From the IMG/VR virus record IMGVR_UViG_3300032216_001081, positions 1 through 51,467 of that record: a stretch of DNA of 51,467 bases; one strand, written 5' to 3'. The notes beneath the pieces were generated by a model. The model was not told the DNA's origin, did no database searches, and was given only the letters and a program-made list of their open reading frames with translations. This DNA comes from a virus. Lineage: Duplodnaviria; Caudoviricetes. Made by a program: the position numbers and the translations under genes. Numbering within the stretch: the stretch's first letter is position 1; each line of letters starts with the position of its first letter. This document shows, in pieces, positions 36,091 to 43,961 of this stretch.

Positions 36091-36965
36091 GAGAGCAGCT
36101 GCATTTCAACTTCATCTTGGTAGCGCCTGTAAGTTTTGTTAAAATACTCTCTGTTTTCACGAACTGTTAAAATCACTTCAACATGTCCAAGAGAGCTTGG
36201 GGGTCGGCAAGCATCAACATTGTAGTTTGCTTGACCATTCTTAAAACTGGCAAGAAAGCTTCCAGTTCTCAATGCAACAGGCTCACGTTGCTGAACTTTT
36301 AATCCGTGTTTTGTATTGTTTGACAAAAACAACCTTGGCTGCGCAGGAACAGCTGCTCGCTTATGGTCGTGCCCCATAGCGTAAATGTCGGCTTCTGCTC
36401 CCTCTGCCATCTGCTGCACTCGATTTATCGAGCCGCCAACCAGCCTTGCAGCTCCAGCCCCGTGATGAGCAAATATGTCGCGAGAAACGCTTCTGCCACC
36501 GCTTTCCATAAACAGTCTAACAAAAGAACAAACCCCCAAGTATTTTGCTCCAAGCAATTCGCACAGCTTCTGGTCTCCGTTAATGCCGCTTTGGAAATTG
36601 AAATAGTGATTTCCGTTAAGCATTCCTACAATCTTGCCTTTCATAAACGAAAGCTCTTTGGCAATAAGTTCAATCTTTGCCATTTGAAGAAGCTCAATGT
36701 CTTTTCTGAAAGTGTCGTGCATCTTTGGAGAAATGGAGCCAAGACACTCGCGTTCGCTAGTGCTGGTGCTGTCTAAATAATCACCCATTCCAAAGAAATA
36801 AGCATTATTTTGGTTTTTTGCATATTCAAGGAATCGTTGCCATTTACCGTCGGCGTGGTCTGGCGAGTCCCTATGAACGTCACCAAAGAAGATTAGTTTG
36901 AACGGCACATTGTATTTAAACTGAATCTTGTGCCCGTGGACCGTAAAGAGCCCTGATGTTTTCAC
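36087..36965 (-). CDS. Calcineurin-like metallophosphoesterase
   Basis: GDVH, GDYLD, GNH, HHG, GHDH motifs. Confidence 0.88.
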   Translation of the reverse strand: MKTSGLFTVHGHKIQFKYNVPFKLIFFGDVHRDSPDHADGKWQRFLEYAKNQNNAYFFGMGDYLDSTSTSERECLGSISPKMHDTFRKDIELLQMAKIELIAKELSFMKGKIVGMLNGNHYFNFQSGINGDQKLCELLGAKYLGVCSFVRLFMESGGRSVSRDIFAHHGAGAARLVGGSINRVQQMAEGAEADIYAMGHDHKRAAVPAQPRLFLSNNTKHGLKVQQREPVALRTGSFLASFKNGQANYNVDACRPPSSLGHVEVILTVRENREYFNKTYRRYQDEVEMQLLS

Positions 36966-36971
36966 AATTTG

Positions 36972-37187
36972 TTAATTCGGCATTGGGCCAGCATACCAGC
37001 CCTCTGGGTAATTTATTGACTTAACAAGCTCCCATTGCCCGTTATGCCAGATATAACCACTGCCCACTACTCCCTTTCCTATCCTTACAACGTCACTTTG
37101 GCTGTCCACTACCACCACCCTTGTCGCGCAACTGTTGACGAAGATAGCTAGTCCAACGCCCAAAAACAGGAGCAGGAGTGTTTTCAT
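36972..37187 (-). CDS. Lipoprotein, o-spanin-like
   Basis: Hydrophobic leader with lipobox-like FVNSC; overlaps upstream ORF in another frame. Confidence 0.6.
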   Translation of the reverse strand: MKTLLLLFLGVGLAIFVNSCATRVVVVDSQSDVVRIGKGVVGSGYIWHNGQWELVKSINYPEGWYAGPMPN

Positions 37188-37269
37188 TTTCTATTGTTGA
37201 TGGCGCACTGGCTTTCTTGTCAAAAAACGCCAGCAAAGCTTCAAAGAGAGGTTTCAGCCAACCCCACAT
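37093..37269 (-). CDS. i-spanin-like small protein (58 aa)
   Basis: Translated by hand (MWGWLKPLFEALLAFF...); Rz/Rz1-style overlap with the lipoprotein gene. Confidence 0.45.
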   Translation of the reverse strand: MWGWLKPLFEALLAFFDKKASAPSTIENENTPAPVFGRWTSYLRQQLRDKGGGSGQPK

Positions 37270-37272
37270 AAA

Positions 37273-37440
37273 TCACTGCGGCTTGCTGTCCTGAGCGTGA
37301 ATAAGGCCAATCCCTGCTGATACTGCTGCAATTACGCTTGTCCAGTCAACAGCGTGCCCAGACAAAAGACCAGAGGCTGCGCTCAAAAGAGCAGACACAA
37401 TTGCAATGACGCCAGTTGCGGTTGTTTTCCAGTTATTCAT
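37273..37440 (-). CDS. Putative holin (55 aa, two hydrophobic segments)
   Basis: Translated by hand: MNNWKTTATGVIAIVSALL...GIGLIHAQDSKPQ. Confidence 0.65.
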   Translation of the reverse strand: MNNWKTTATGVIAIVSALLSAASGLLSGHAVDWTSVIAAVSAGIGLIHAQDSKPQ

Positions 37441-37442
37441 AA

Positions 37443-37628
37443 TTATTTATTTTCGTCGATTTCTTTAATCTTTTTCCAATAGTAAACAAATGTAGCACAA
37501 CCTACGCAGATTGTCACAAGCATGGCAATGATTTTAAGGTAGCCCTCTACGAGTGGAAGTGATGATGTCACAAATCCTCCTAGTGTTGTTGACAGACCTA
37601 AAAGCCCTTTTGTGTCTGTGTTTTGCAT
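37443..37628 (-). CDS. Small membrane protein (holin-like)
   Basis: Hydrophobic helices and a basic C-terminus. Confidence 0.6.
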   Translation of the reverse strand: MQNTDTKGLLGLSTTLGGFVTSSLPLVEGYLKIIAMLVTICVGCATFVYYWKKIKEIDENK

Positions 37629-37629
37629 G

Positions 37630-37851
37630 TTATTTGTCTTCCTTTAAAGTTGCCGTCACAGACATTCTTCCGCAAACGATGCCCACAAGGGCGCCAATCA
37701 CGGTTTGAAATGCTGGGTCAACAATTTTAAAAATCTCAACATTGTCCACCCGCTCACTAAACAATCCAACCATCAAAGTAGCAACAACGCAAATCACCAC
37801 GCTCGACAGAACGCATATGGCAATGAATGTGATGTACTCGTTGATTTTCAT
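37630..37851 (-). CDS. Two-TM membrane protein
   Basis: Two hydrophobic stretches; PAFQTVIGALVG. Confidence 0.65.
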   Translation of the reverse strand: MKINEYITFIAICVLSSVVICVVATLMVGLFSERVDNVEIFKIVDPAFQTVIGALVGIVCGRMSVTATLKEDK

Positions 37852-38117
37852 TTAACCTGGATGTACACCGTGTATTCTCCATTAGTTCCTTTGCGAACCA
37901 TTACGGCTTGCAAGTTATCGGTAGTGATAGGCACATTAGCGCTAATGCCGCCAGTTTCAACAGCGGTAATGATGCCAGCCATCTGCAATGATGTCAGCTT
38001 AATAGGCTCAACAACAGTAACGATGTTGGTCTTGGTGGTCACATTGATGCTAGGAACATCCTGTGCGTGAATAACTCCCGCAATAGCGAGACCAATAGCG
38101 ATAATTGATTTTTTCAT
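37848..38117 (-). CDS. Small protein with signal peptide
   Basis: MKKSIIAIGLAIAGVIHA-QD leader. Confidence 0.65.
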   Translation of the reverse strand: MKKSIIAIGLAIAGVIHAQDVPSINVTTKTNIVTVVEPIKLTSLQMAGIITAVETGGISANVPITTDNLQAVMVRKGTNGEYTVYIQVK

Positions 38118-38119
38118 GA

Positions 38120-38926
38120 TTAGTTATTAAACGAACTAAATGGGTAACCGGCTCCAGAATTATAGAGCTTTGTTATTTGTGCTTGAGTTAATTTACGCTG
38201 CCATATTCCAATTTCATCAGATTTTCCATAAGCACTTCCAAAACCATATACTCCAGCGTATGAATCTCCCAAAACATTTACGTCTGCAACGGTTCCGTAA
38301 TCAGCAAATCCTCCGATTCCAATTACATCTACAAAATCTCCGTTTAAATAAATACTTAATTCAAAAAAATTGTAATCAAAAACTAAAACAAAATGATTCC
38401 ATTGATTTGCAAACCAAGGAATTGCAATGCTGCTACCAGATACTCCGTTGTTTTGTGACAACGTGCCATATTTAGCTTCTCCGTTATCCTCATCAAGTGC
38501 AATTGCAACGTCCTCTCCATATTGAGACTCTATTTGAAATACGGTTCCATAATGTGATGCGGACCTATTTTCATACGGAGCAAACCAAACGCTTACGGTG
38601 TAATCGTAAGATAGTAGAAATGGAATGTTTGCTGTTGTAGTTTTAAACAAGTCGACGGTTCCCCAATCAGGCATATCTAATCCTCCGCCAATAAGCCCAC
38701 TTCCAATAAAAGAACCAGCGCCATAATCGTAAATTGTTGCTGGGCCAGAAGACGGTGTTCCGTTAAAAGAATTAAAATTCCAATACGCCACCAGATTGTT
38801 TAAAAGGCCATTTGACGGCGGCCGCGGAAACGGCATAGCCCCATTCACAAACTTCCCGCGCACAAACTTGTTGCCTCCGAAGCAAGCAACAGTTGAGAGC
38901 AATAGGATGGCAATGAGTTTGTTCAT
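38120..38926 (-). CDS. LamG/concanavalin-like domain protein with signal peptide
   Basis: MNKLIAILLLSTVACFG leader; LVAYWNFN, YTVSVWF, WNHFVLVFD, IYLNG, DEIGIWQRKLT. Confidence 0.8.
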   Translation of the reverse strand: MNKLIAILLLSTVACFGGNKFVRGKFVNGAMPFPRPPSNGLLNNLVAYWNFNSFNGTPSSGPATIYDYGAGSFIGSGLIGGGLDMPDWGTVDLFKTTTANIPFLLSYDYTVSVWFAPYENRSASHYGTVFQIESQYGEDVAIALDEDNGEAKYGTLSQNNGVSGSSIAIPWFANQWNHFVLVFDYNFFELSIYLNGDFVDVIGIGGFADYGTVADVNVLGDSYAGVYGFGSAYGKSDEIGIWQRKLTQAQITKLYNSGAGYPFSSFNN

Positions 38927-39474
38927 AGACGCCAAAGAACTACATTGGTAACGTAAATACCAGCAGAATTAGCAGCATTTGTTTCCAGCTTAAATGTTGC
39001 ATTTGTAGACAGCATCACAGAAAACGGAACAATATCCTGTCCAGACGAACCATTAGCGTGTGCTAAACCAATAGGAAGCGCATAACCTACGCCGTTATTT
39101 GTGTAACGCAATACGCACCCAGAACCGCCAGCGGTAGAATTTGCAGGAATCACAAACGAACCCGTAAGCAATGCGCGTTGTCCACTGTTTGTATAAATAG
39201 TGGTTACATTGTATGAACCCGTTGCTGCGCTTGCGGTGTTGATAGCCGCCGTGTTAGTGTCAATGCTAGACGTCCACGCATTAACACCATTTGTAAACAA
39301 CGTAACGTCAAACACGTTTGTCTGACCAACCGCTGTGCTTGTGAAGTTTGTTGCCGTAATCAAACCAAGTGTTGTGCCAGCAGCATTGGTCGTAAATTGA
39401 TTCTGCAATACTGGATTAGCTCCTGCAAAAGCAAATTGCGACAAAAGCAAAAGCAACGGCAAAATAAATTTCAT
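38923..39474 (-). CDS. T/N-rich fibre-like protein with signal peptide
   Basis: Start at ATG 39474 (ATGA overlap); MKFILPLLLLLSQFAFA-G leader. Confidence 0.65.
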   Translation of the reverse strand: MKFILPLLLLLSQFAFAGANPVLQNQFTTNAAGTTLGLITATNFTSTAVGQTNVFDVTLFTNGVNAWTSSIDTNTAAINTASAATGSYNVTTIYTNSGQRALLTGSFVIPANSTAGGSGCVLRYTNNGVGYALPIGLAHANGSSGQDIVPFSVMLSTNATFKLETNAANSAGIYVTNVVLWRL

Positions 39475-39845
39475 ACAAGATTTCTCCAAGTTCCATTATA
39501 AACCCACAGTGTGTTATCAACCGTGTTAAGATAGAACGAGCCAGCAGTGGCTGTTCCAGTTGGGTTGACGGTTCCAGTTGTTGCGCCACCAGTGCCTGCC
39601 GCATTGGCAATAATTTGGAGAAGCGCCATCTCCAAAACTTCTGCAATGCTTGCGTTCGAGCTTCCTGAGTATCCGGCCACGTTGGTGCCAGATATTAGAG
39701 ATTGATAATCTGTTGCCATAGATGGTGCTATTGATGCAGCTATACTTTTTAACAGAGCCAACTTAAGAAGCATCGCGCTGCTTACGTTTCCGCTTCCGTT
39801 GTAATCTGCTGATATGTTTACTAAAGATTGGTAATCAAGTGCCAT
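39471..39845 (-). CDS. Putative head decoration/fibre-anchor protein with internal duplication
   Basis: Two MAxDYQSL...ALLxxIA repeats plus PTGTATAGSFY...LWVYNGTW module. Confidence 0.6.
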   Translation of the reverse strand: MALDYQSLVNISADYNGSGNVSSAMLLKLALLKSIAASIAPSMATDYQSLISGTNVAGYSGSSNASIAEVLEMALLQIIANAAGTGGATTGTVNPTGTATAGSFYLNTVDNTLWVYNGTWRNLV

Positions 39846-39847
39846 GA

Positions 39848-40126
39848 TTAATCTCCAAGCATTGATTGCATTTCGCCGCTGCCGCCCTCAGGCGCGCCGT
39901 ACGATTCAGAAGGTTCTTCCATTTCCTCAGAGCCAGTACATTCGACTTCAAGTTCGTTACCGTGGTCTTTTACAATGCGAAGACGAATCTCTTCTCCAGC
40001 TTTGTATTCTTTGCCACCGCAAACTTCCTTGTTAATCATAGCGGTTTTGCCGCCCGAAGATTTTTCAGCGCCGCCTTCTGACGGCATCGAATCCGCATCT
40101 CCGTATAAGTCCTGGCCTTCTTCCAT
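39848..40126 (-). CDS. Small acidic protein downstream of capsid gene
   Basis: ATG ORF with A-rich leader. Confidence 0.65.
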   Translation of the reverse strand: MEEGQDLYGDADSMPSEGGAEKSSGGKTAMINKEVCGGKEYKAGEEIRLRIVKDHGNELEVECTGSEEMEEPSESYGAPEGGSGEMQSMLGD

Positions 40127-40158
40127 AATATTTTTTTATTAATTGTTGTTCTGTAAAG

Positions 40159-40194
40159 GAACGCCTGCCCCAGACTACTCCAGGGCAGGCGCTC
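40159..40194 (-). terminator. Hairpin after capsid gene (terminator or stabiliser)
   Basis: CGCCTGCCC/GGGCAGGCG core stem extended by GU pairs; short U tract. Confidence 0.6.
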
Positions 40195-40207
40195 TTGCAA
40201 GTACTCG

Positions 40208-41782
40208 TTACGCGTCCACAAGACCCGTGCCATTCGGGAAGCTCGCCTGACGAATGGTCAGAGAGCCAGAAGGCTGCGTGGCCTGCGTCGGGTTCGCGCC
40301 AGGCACGAACTCGAACGTATCGGTGAGGATTTGCGGGAACGACACGCTTCCGATGGTCGGAATCGCCGTGACTGCGCTCGGCCAGCTGCCAGTGCCACCC
40401 AGCGGACAGGTGGGCAAGGAGCTGTTGTATTCCTGAGCAGGATAGCCAGGGTCGATTTGGCTCGTGGGAACCTCGGGAATCCCGAACTGCTGACGTTTGT
40501 GGAAGATAGCTTCCGCGAACTCAGTATGCAGGGGACGAACATAATAACGGAAGTCAGCGATAAACTGACCTTTATTACGCCGTTTATTCCCAATGACGTT
40601 GCCATTGCTGTCAGCGCCAAGGTTGTCCATGACGAACTGCCATTTGCCACCGAAGTCACGATGACCAAACGGGGTTTCGCTATTCATGTTGCTAGCAGTA
40701 GGCACGAGCAACTCCATGGCTTTTTTGTGCCAGATGAAGCTGATGCTGTACTGAGCCTTGTCAAAGTCGGGATTCGCATCCGAACCCAAACCAGAAGCGC
40801 CACCAGCACCAGTTGTAATGCCGTTACGGAACGGAAGCACAATCTGATAACGGTAACGATTGCCGCTGGCAATGCCGCCAAGGTCATACACGAAGTTGAA
40901 ACGAAGGCCCATTTCATCAACGCGAACCATGAAGTTGCCAACCTGACCAGAGAACCCATAGCGCCAATAAGCATTGGCAGCGCTGAATTCCGTGAAGCGC
41001 CAGTTGCCAGACACCGACGGGGTGCCACCAACGCCAGCGCCGCCGCCAAGCTTGTCCAGAGACCAGCAAGTATCCATGTCAGTAACCAGCTCAACGAACG
41101 GGGCGGTTTCCGTAAACGGATTCTTGCCGCTGTAACCACGGCGCATCAGCTCGGAGAAGCGAGCCTGAAGCATCTGCGGAACAAGCAAGTACACGTTGCC
41201 AGGAGCCACGTTGCAATCGAAGTAAATCTCTTCGTCGCTGTTCGGGCCGCCAAGCGTCCAGGTGTAGGTGAAGGCAGGCTGATATTTGTTAGCCACCCAT
41301 TTCTTTTTTGCCCAAGCCAGAGCGCGCTTCCGAAGGAAGTTGCTAGAAATGGACGTGGTTGCCGGACGCAGAATCTCGTTAACAATCTGCGAGATGTGCT
41401 GTTCGGCGTGAGAGATGTGCATGTCCTGGTCGTAGCACAACAGCGGTGTGGCCCATTCCTGAGCTTCCGCAAAGTATGTGAGACGGTCAGCGCCCCAGCC
41501 AATCTGGCTCTCTTCGGGGTCGCACGGACCCTGAGCAAAGCAACCAGCGCCATTGGCGTTCACTTTACGCCAAGTTTTGGTGGTGTTGGGGAATACATGA
41601 CGAAAACGGTCCTGAGTAATTTCAACGGGCGTACCAATAGGCACGGTGCCGGTAGAAACGTTCAAGAGCCAGCCATCACTAGGACGAATGTCCTCCATGA
41701 TGAGTTCGTCAAACTTAGGAGTTTGGTCTACCAGAAACTGCGGAAAATCGCAGGACTGGATAATTGATTGAGCACAAGCCAT
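40208..41782 (-). CDS. Major capsid protein
   Basis: Follows scaffold; own promoter and terminator; strong C-ending codon bias suggesting high expression. Confidence 0.7.
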   Translation of the reverse strand: MACAQSIIQSCDFPQFLVDQTPKFDELIMEDIRPSDGWLLNVSTGTVPIGTPVEITQDRFRHVFPNTTKTWRKVNANGAGCFAQGPCDPEESQIGWGADRLTYFAEAQEWATPLLCYDQDMHISHAEQHISQIVNEILRPATTSISSNFLRKRALAWAKKKWVANKYQPAFTYTWTLGGPNSDEEIYFDCNVAPGNVYLLVPQMLQARFSELMRRGYSGKNPFTETAPFVELVTDMDTCWSLDKLGGGAGVGGTPSVSGNWRFTEFSAANAYWRYGFSGQVGNFMVRVDEMGLRFNFVYDLGGIASGNRYRYQIVLPFRNGITTGAGGASGLGSDANPDFDKAQYSISFIWHKKAMELLVPTASNMNSETPFGHRDFGGKWQFVMDNLGADSNGNVIGNKRRNKGQFIADFRYYVRPLHTEFAEAIFHKRQQFGIPEVPTSQIDPGYPAQEYNSSLPTCPLGGTGSWPSAVTAIPTIGSVSFPQILTDTFEFVPGANPTQATQPSGSLTIRQASFPNGTGLVDA

Positions 41783-41980
41783 ATGTTTTTTAGTTTATTA
41801 CTGCGTTTTTGGAAGATTTGTTATCGGCACACGTCGAGAGCAATCTTCCGCTGTTAGTTTTAACTGCGTTTTGGAGCGGCCATCTTCCAATGCTGGATAT
41901 TTCACCAGCGGCCAGACTGCTCTCCAGCGCCCTATGAGGAGAAATTCTTTTGAGGCTCGCGCCCCAAGGACTTATAAGCA

Positions 41981-42006
41981 GTATTACAAACTCTAATATC
42001 TGTCAA
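41981..42006 (-). promoter_or_regulatory. Promoter TTGACA-N13-GTAATAC for capsid gene
   Basis: Exact motif immediately downstream of the scaffold terminator. Confidence 0.7.
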
Positions 42007-42007
42007 A

Positions 42008-42038
42008 TAAAAAACCCCCTTATTTCTAAGGGGGTTTT
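42008..42038 (-). terminator. Intrinsic terminator after scaffold gene
   Basis: AAAACCCCCTTA-N4-TAAGGGGGTTTT perfect inverted repeat with T tract on the - strand. Confidence 0.85.
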
Positions 42039-42049
42039 GCTTGCTGCGA

Positions 42050-43294
42050 TTACCTTGCTCGCTTGGCTAGGTCTGCTCGAATTGAATCCCAAGCGGAACC
42101 TCGGCCTTTAGAACCCGCCGCCGCCGGTTTGCTTCCACCCGTTTCGGGTTCGGAAGACTGATAGGATTTGAGCTTTTGATTAAGCTCAGAGATTTGCTTT
42201 TGGTAGTTGCTGACTTGATACGCGAGCCGCCCAAAGGCTGCGCAACGGTTCCGCACTGCTGCGTGCCGTTGCACGATTGAGCGGCGCTGTTCCGGCGTAA
42301 GACCAGGAGCCAAAGGATTTTCAGAAAAAGCCCTGTCAGCAAGCTCGAAACCTTTAGCCAGCCTTTGATTACCTTCAGTATCACCATCAGACGGCTTAAA
42401 ATAGGAACCGTATTTTTCGTCTGCAACCGCTGACTGGTTTGCGTCAGCCCACACTTTTTTGATTTCTTCTGTGACTTTTCCATATTCTTGTTTTTGTGCT
42501 TCTGCTTGTTTTTGAAAGTGCTCCAGCCCTTCTTTCTTCGCAGCTTCAATTGCCTGAGTTTGCTTTTCAAACAACGTGCGAATGTCTTTGCGGTGGCTCA
42601 TCACCTCGTTGGCAAAATCGCCAAACTTCTCTTCAGCAAGCGCCTTTGCTTCCCGAAGCGGCATGTTGACAAGCTCAAGAACATCTTTGGCTTCAAGTGC
42701 GCGTTCGGAATCTCCGTCAAGAACAGTGATTTCAGACATGTCTGTCATTGCCTTTGCCCAAGCTGACTCATAGGGCTGCTGATATTCTTTCTGAAACTTC
42801 TCCGACTTCTGAAAGTTTACAAACTGAATCTCTTGCTCAAGCTCCATGCGGCGCTTTTCAGCGGAAGTGAGCTTTTCTTCATATTCTTTCAGTTTTTCTG
42901 GAGCAGGTTCTTTTGAGCCAACTTGAGCAAGCTTTGCTTCGTATTCCTTAATCTTGGCTTTGTACTCCTCAACCATTTTCCAAGGACTAACTTTCTTTTT
43001 CTCAACTGGCTTTTGCTCAGATACCTTTGGTTTTTCTTCTTGGGCCTCTTGGGATTCAGCGTCGTCTGGCTGCGACTCTGCTGCTTCTGATGCAGTTGCA
43101 ACTTCTTCGCCGCTAAATTTCTTTCTAAGTTCTGCAAAAATGCTTTCTTTTGCGCTTCCTTTTTTTGCAGGTGCGGTTGACCTGTCAGAAGAAGCGGCAG
43201 GCATTTCTGACACTTTTAGCTCCAACGGCTGATTTAGGTTTCCCGTTTCCGTAGCGGGAGCCGTTGCTGTTTCAATGATTGATTCTTCGGGCAT
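42050..43294 (-). CDS. Capsid scaffolding protein
   Basis: E/K/A/Q-rich coiled coil directly upstream of the capsid gene. Confidence 0.7.
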   Translation of the reverse strand: MPEESIIETATAPATETGNLNQPLELKVSEMPAASSDRSTAPAKKGSAKESIFAELRKKFSGEEVATASEAAESQPDDAESQEAQEEKPKVSEQKPVEKKKVSPWKMVEEYKAKIKEYEAKLAQVGSKEPAPEKLKEYEEKLTSAEKRRMELEQEIQFVNFQKSEKFQKEYQQPYESAWAKAMTDMSEITVLDGDSERALEAKDVLELVNMPLREAKALAEEKFGDFANEVMSHRKDIRTLFEKQTQAIEAAKKEGLEHFQKQAEAQKQEYGKVTEEIKKVWADANQSAVADEKYGSYFKPSDGDTEGNQRLAKGFELADRAFSENPLAPGLTPEQRRSIVQRHAAVRNRCAAFGRLAYQVSNYQKQISELNQKLKSYQSSEPETGGSKPAAAGSKGRGSAWDSIRADLAKRAR

Positions 43295-43296
43295 AT

Positions 43297-43590
43297 TTAT
43301 TGATTTAGGTTATCGGTCTGTCGAGGTGCCGGTTTAGGAGGTTGCTCGTGCAATCCAAGCAAAGTTGATACAAGCTCATTTGCGCCCTGAATGCGCTGAA
43401 AGCACATAGCAGATGCTTGAAGCTGGTTAGGAGTGTCTAGGCTCATTGGCGCCAAAAGGCACATCATTCGAGTGTAATGAGCAAGAGCAGCGTCCAACCC
43501 TGTTTTAAACTCAGGCCTATCAAGCAACGCCGAGTGTGCTTTAACAGCGTTGGAATTGGACATGAATACTTGTTTTGGAGTGGGGTTCAT
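43297..43590 (-). CDS. Small helical protein preceding scaffold
   Basis: Coupled ORF in the head module. Confidence 0.65.
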   Translation of the reverse strand: MNPTPKQVFMSNSNAVKAHSALLDRPEFKTGLDAALAHYTRMMCLLAPMSLDTPNQLQASAMCFQRIQGANELVSTLLGLHEQPPKPAPRQTDNLNQ

Positions 43591-43805
43591 ACAATTTTGG
43601 GCTTCTTCGGTTTCTTCATTTTGAATGCTTTAGCCAGCCGACTTTTTGGCATCTTCATTTTCGGCTTTAACATTTTGGAAATCATTTTGCTCATCATTCC
43701 AGGGCTATGCTTTGGCGCGGGAGGCACTGCTTCTGGCAATGATGCTTTTGCAAATTCTGTTGGCCTATCATAGACGGGAAGGTTTGGAGGTGCTTCAGCG
43801 TTCAT
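43587..43805 (-). CDS. Small Lys/Met/Pro-rich basic protein
   Basis: KMKMPKSRLAKAFKMKKPKKPK; ATGA overlap with next gene. Confidence 0.6.
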   Translation of the reverse strand: MNAEAPPNLPVYDRPTEFAKASLPEAVPPAPKHSPGMMSKMISKMLKPKMKMPKSRLAKAFKMKKPKKPKIV

Positions 43806-43920
43806 TCTTTTTCTTTTTGCGCTTTGGCTTTGTTGTGTTGTCGTATTTGGGGCGCTGGTCTACAAAAGCCTGAACATAGCCCTTGCCGCCATTAGCAGAT
43901 TGATTACTCATGATTAAAGG

Positions 43921-43946
43921 ATATTACAATACAGTTCTTTTGTCAA
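43921..43946 (-). promoter_or_regulatory. Promoter TTGACA-N13-GTAATAT
   Basis: Third copy of the motif; 9 nt upstream of ATG 43911 (38-aa basic ORF 43795-43911). Confidence 0.7.
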
Positions 43947-43961
43947 CTGTTTTGCAACCGC

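Noticed and set aside
40331-41767. 478-aa antisense ORF over the capsid gene (also 45722-46489 over portal)
   Set aside because: Lies codon-for-codon antisense to a strongly biased gene, which suppresses stops on the opposite strand; no credible start context or motifs
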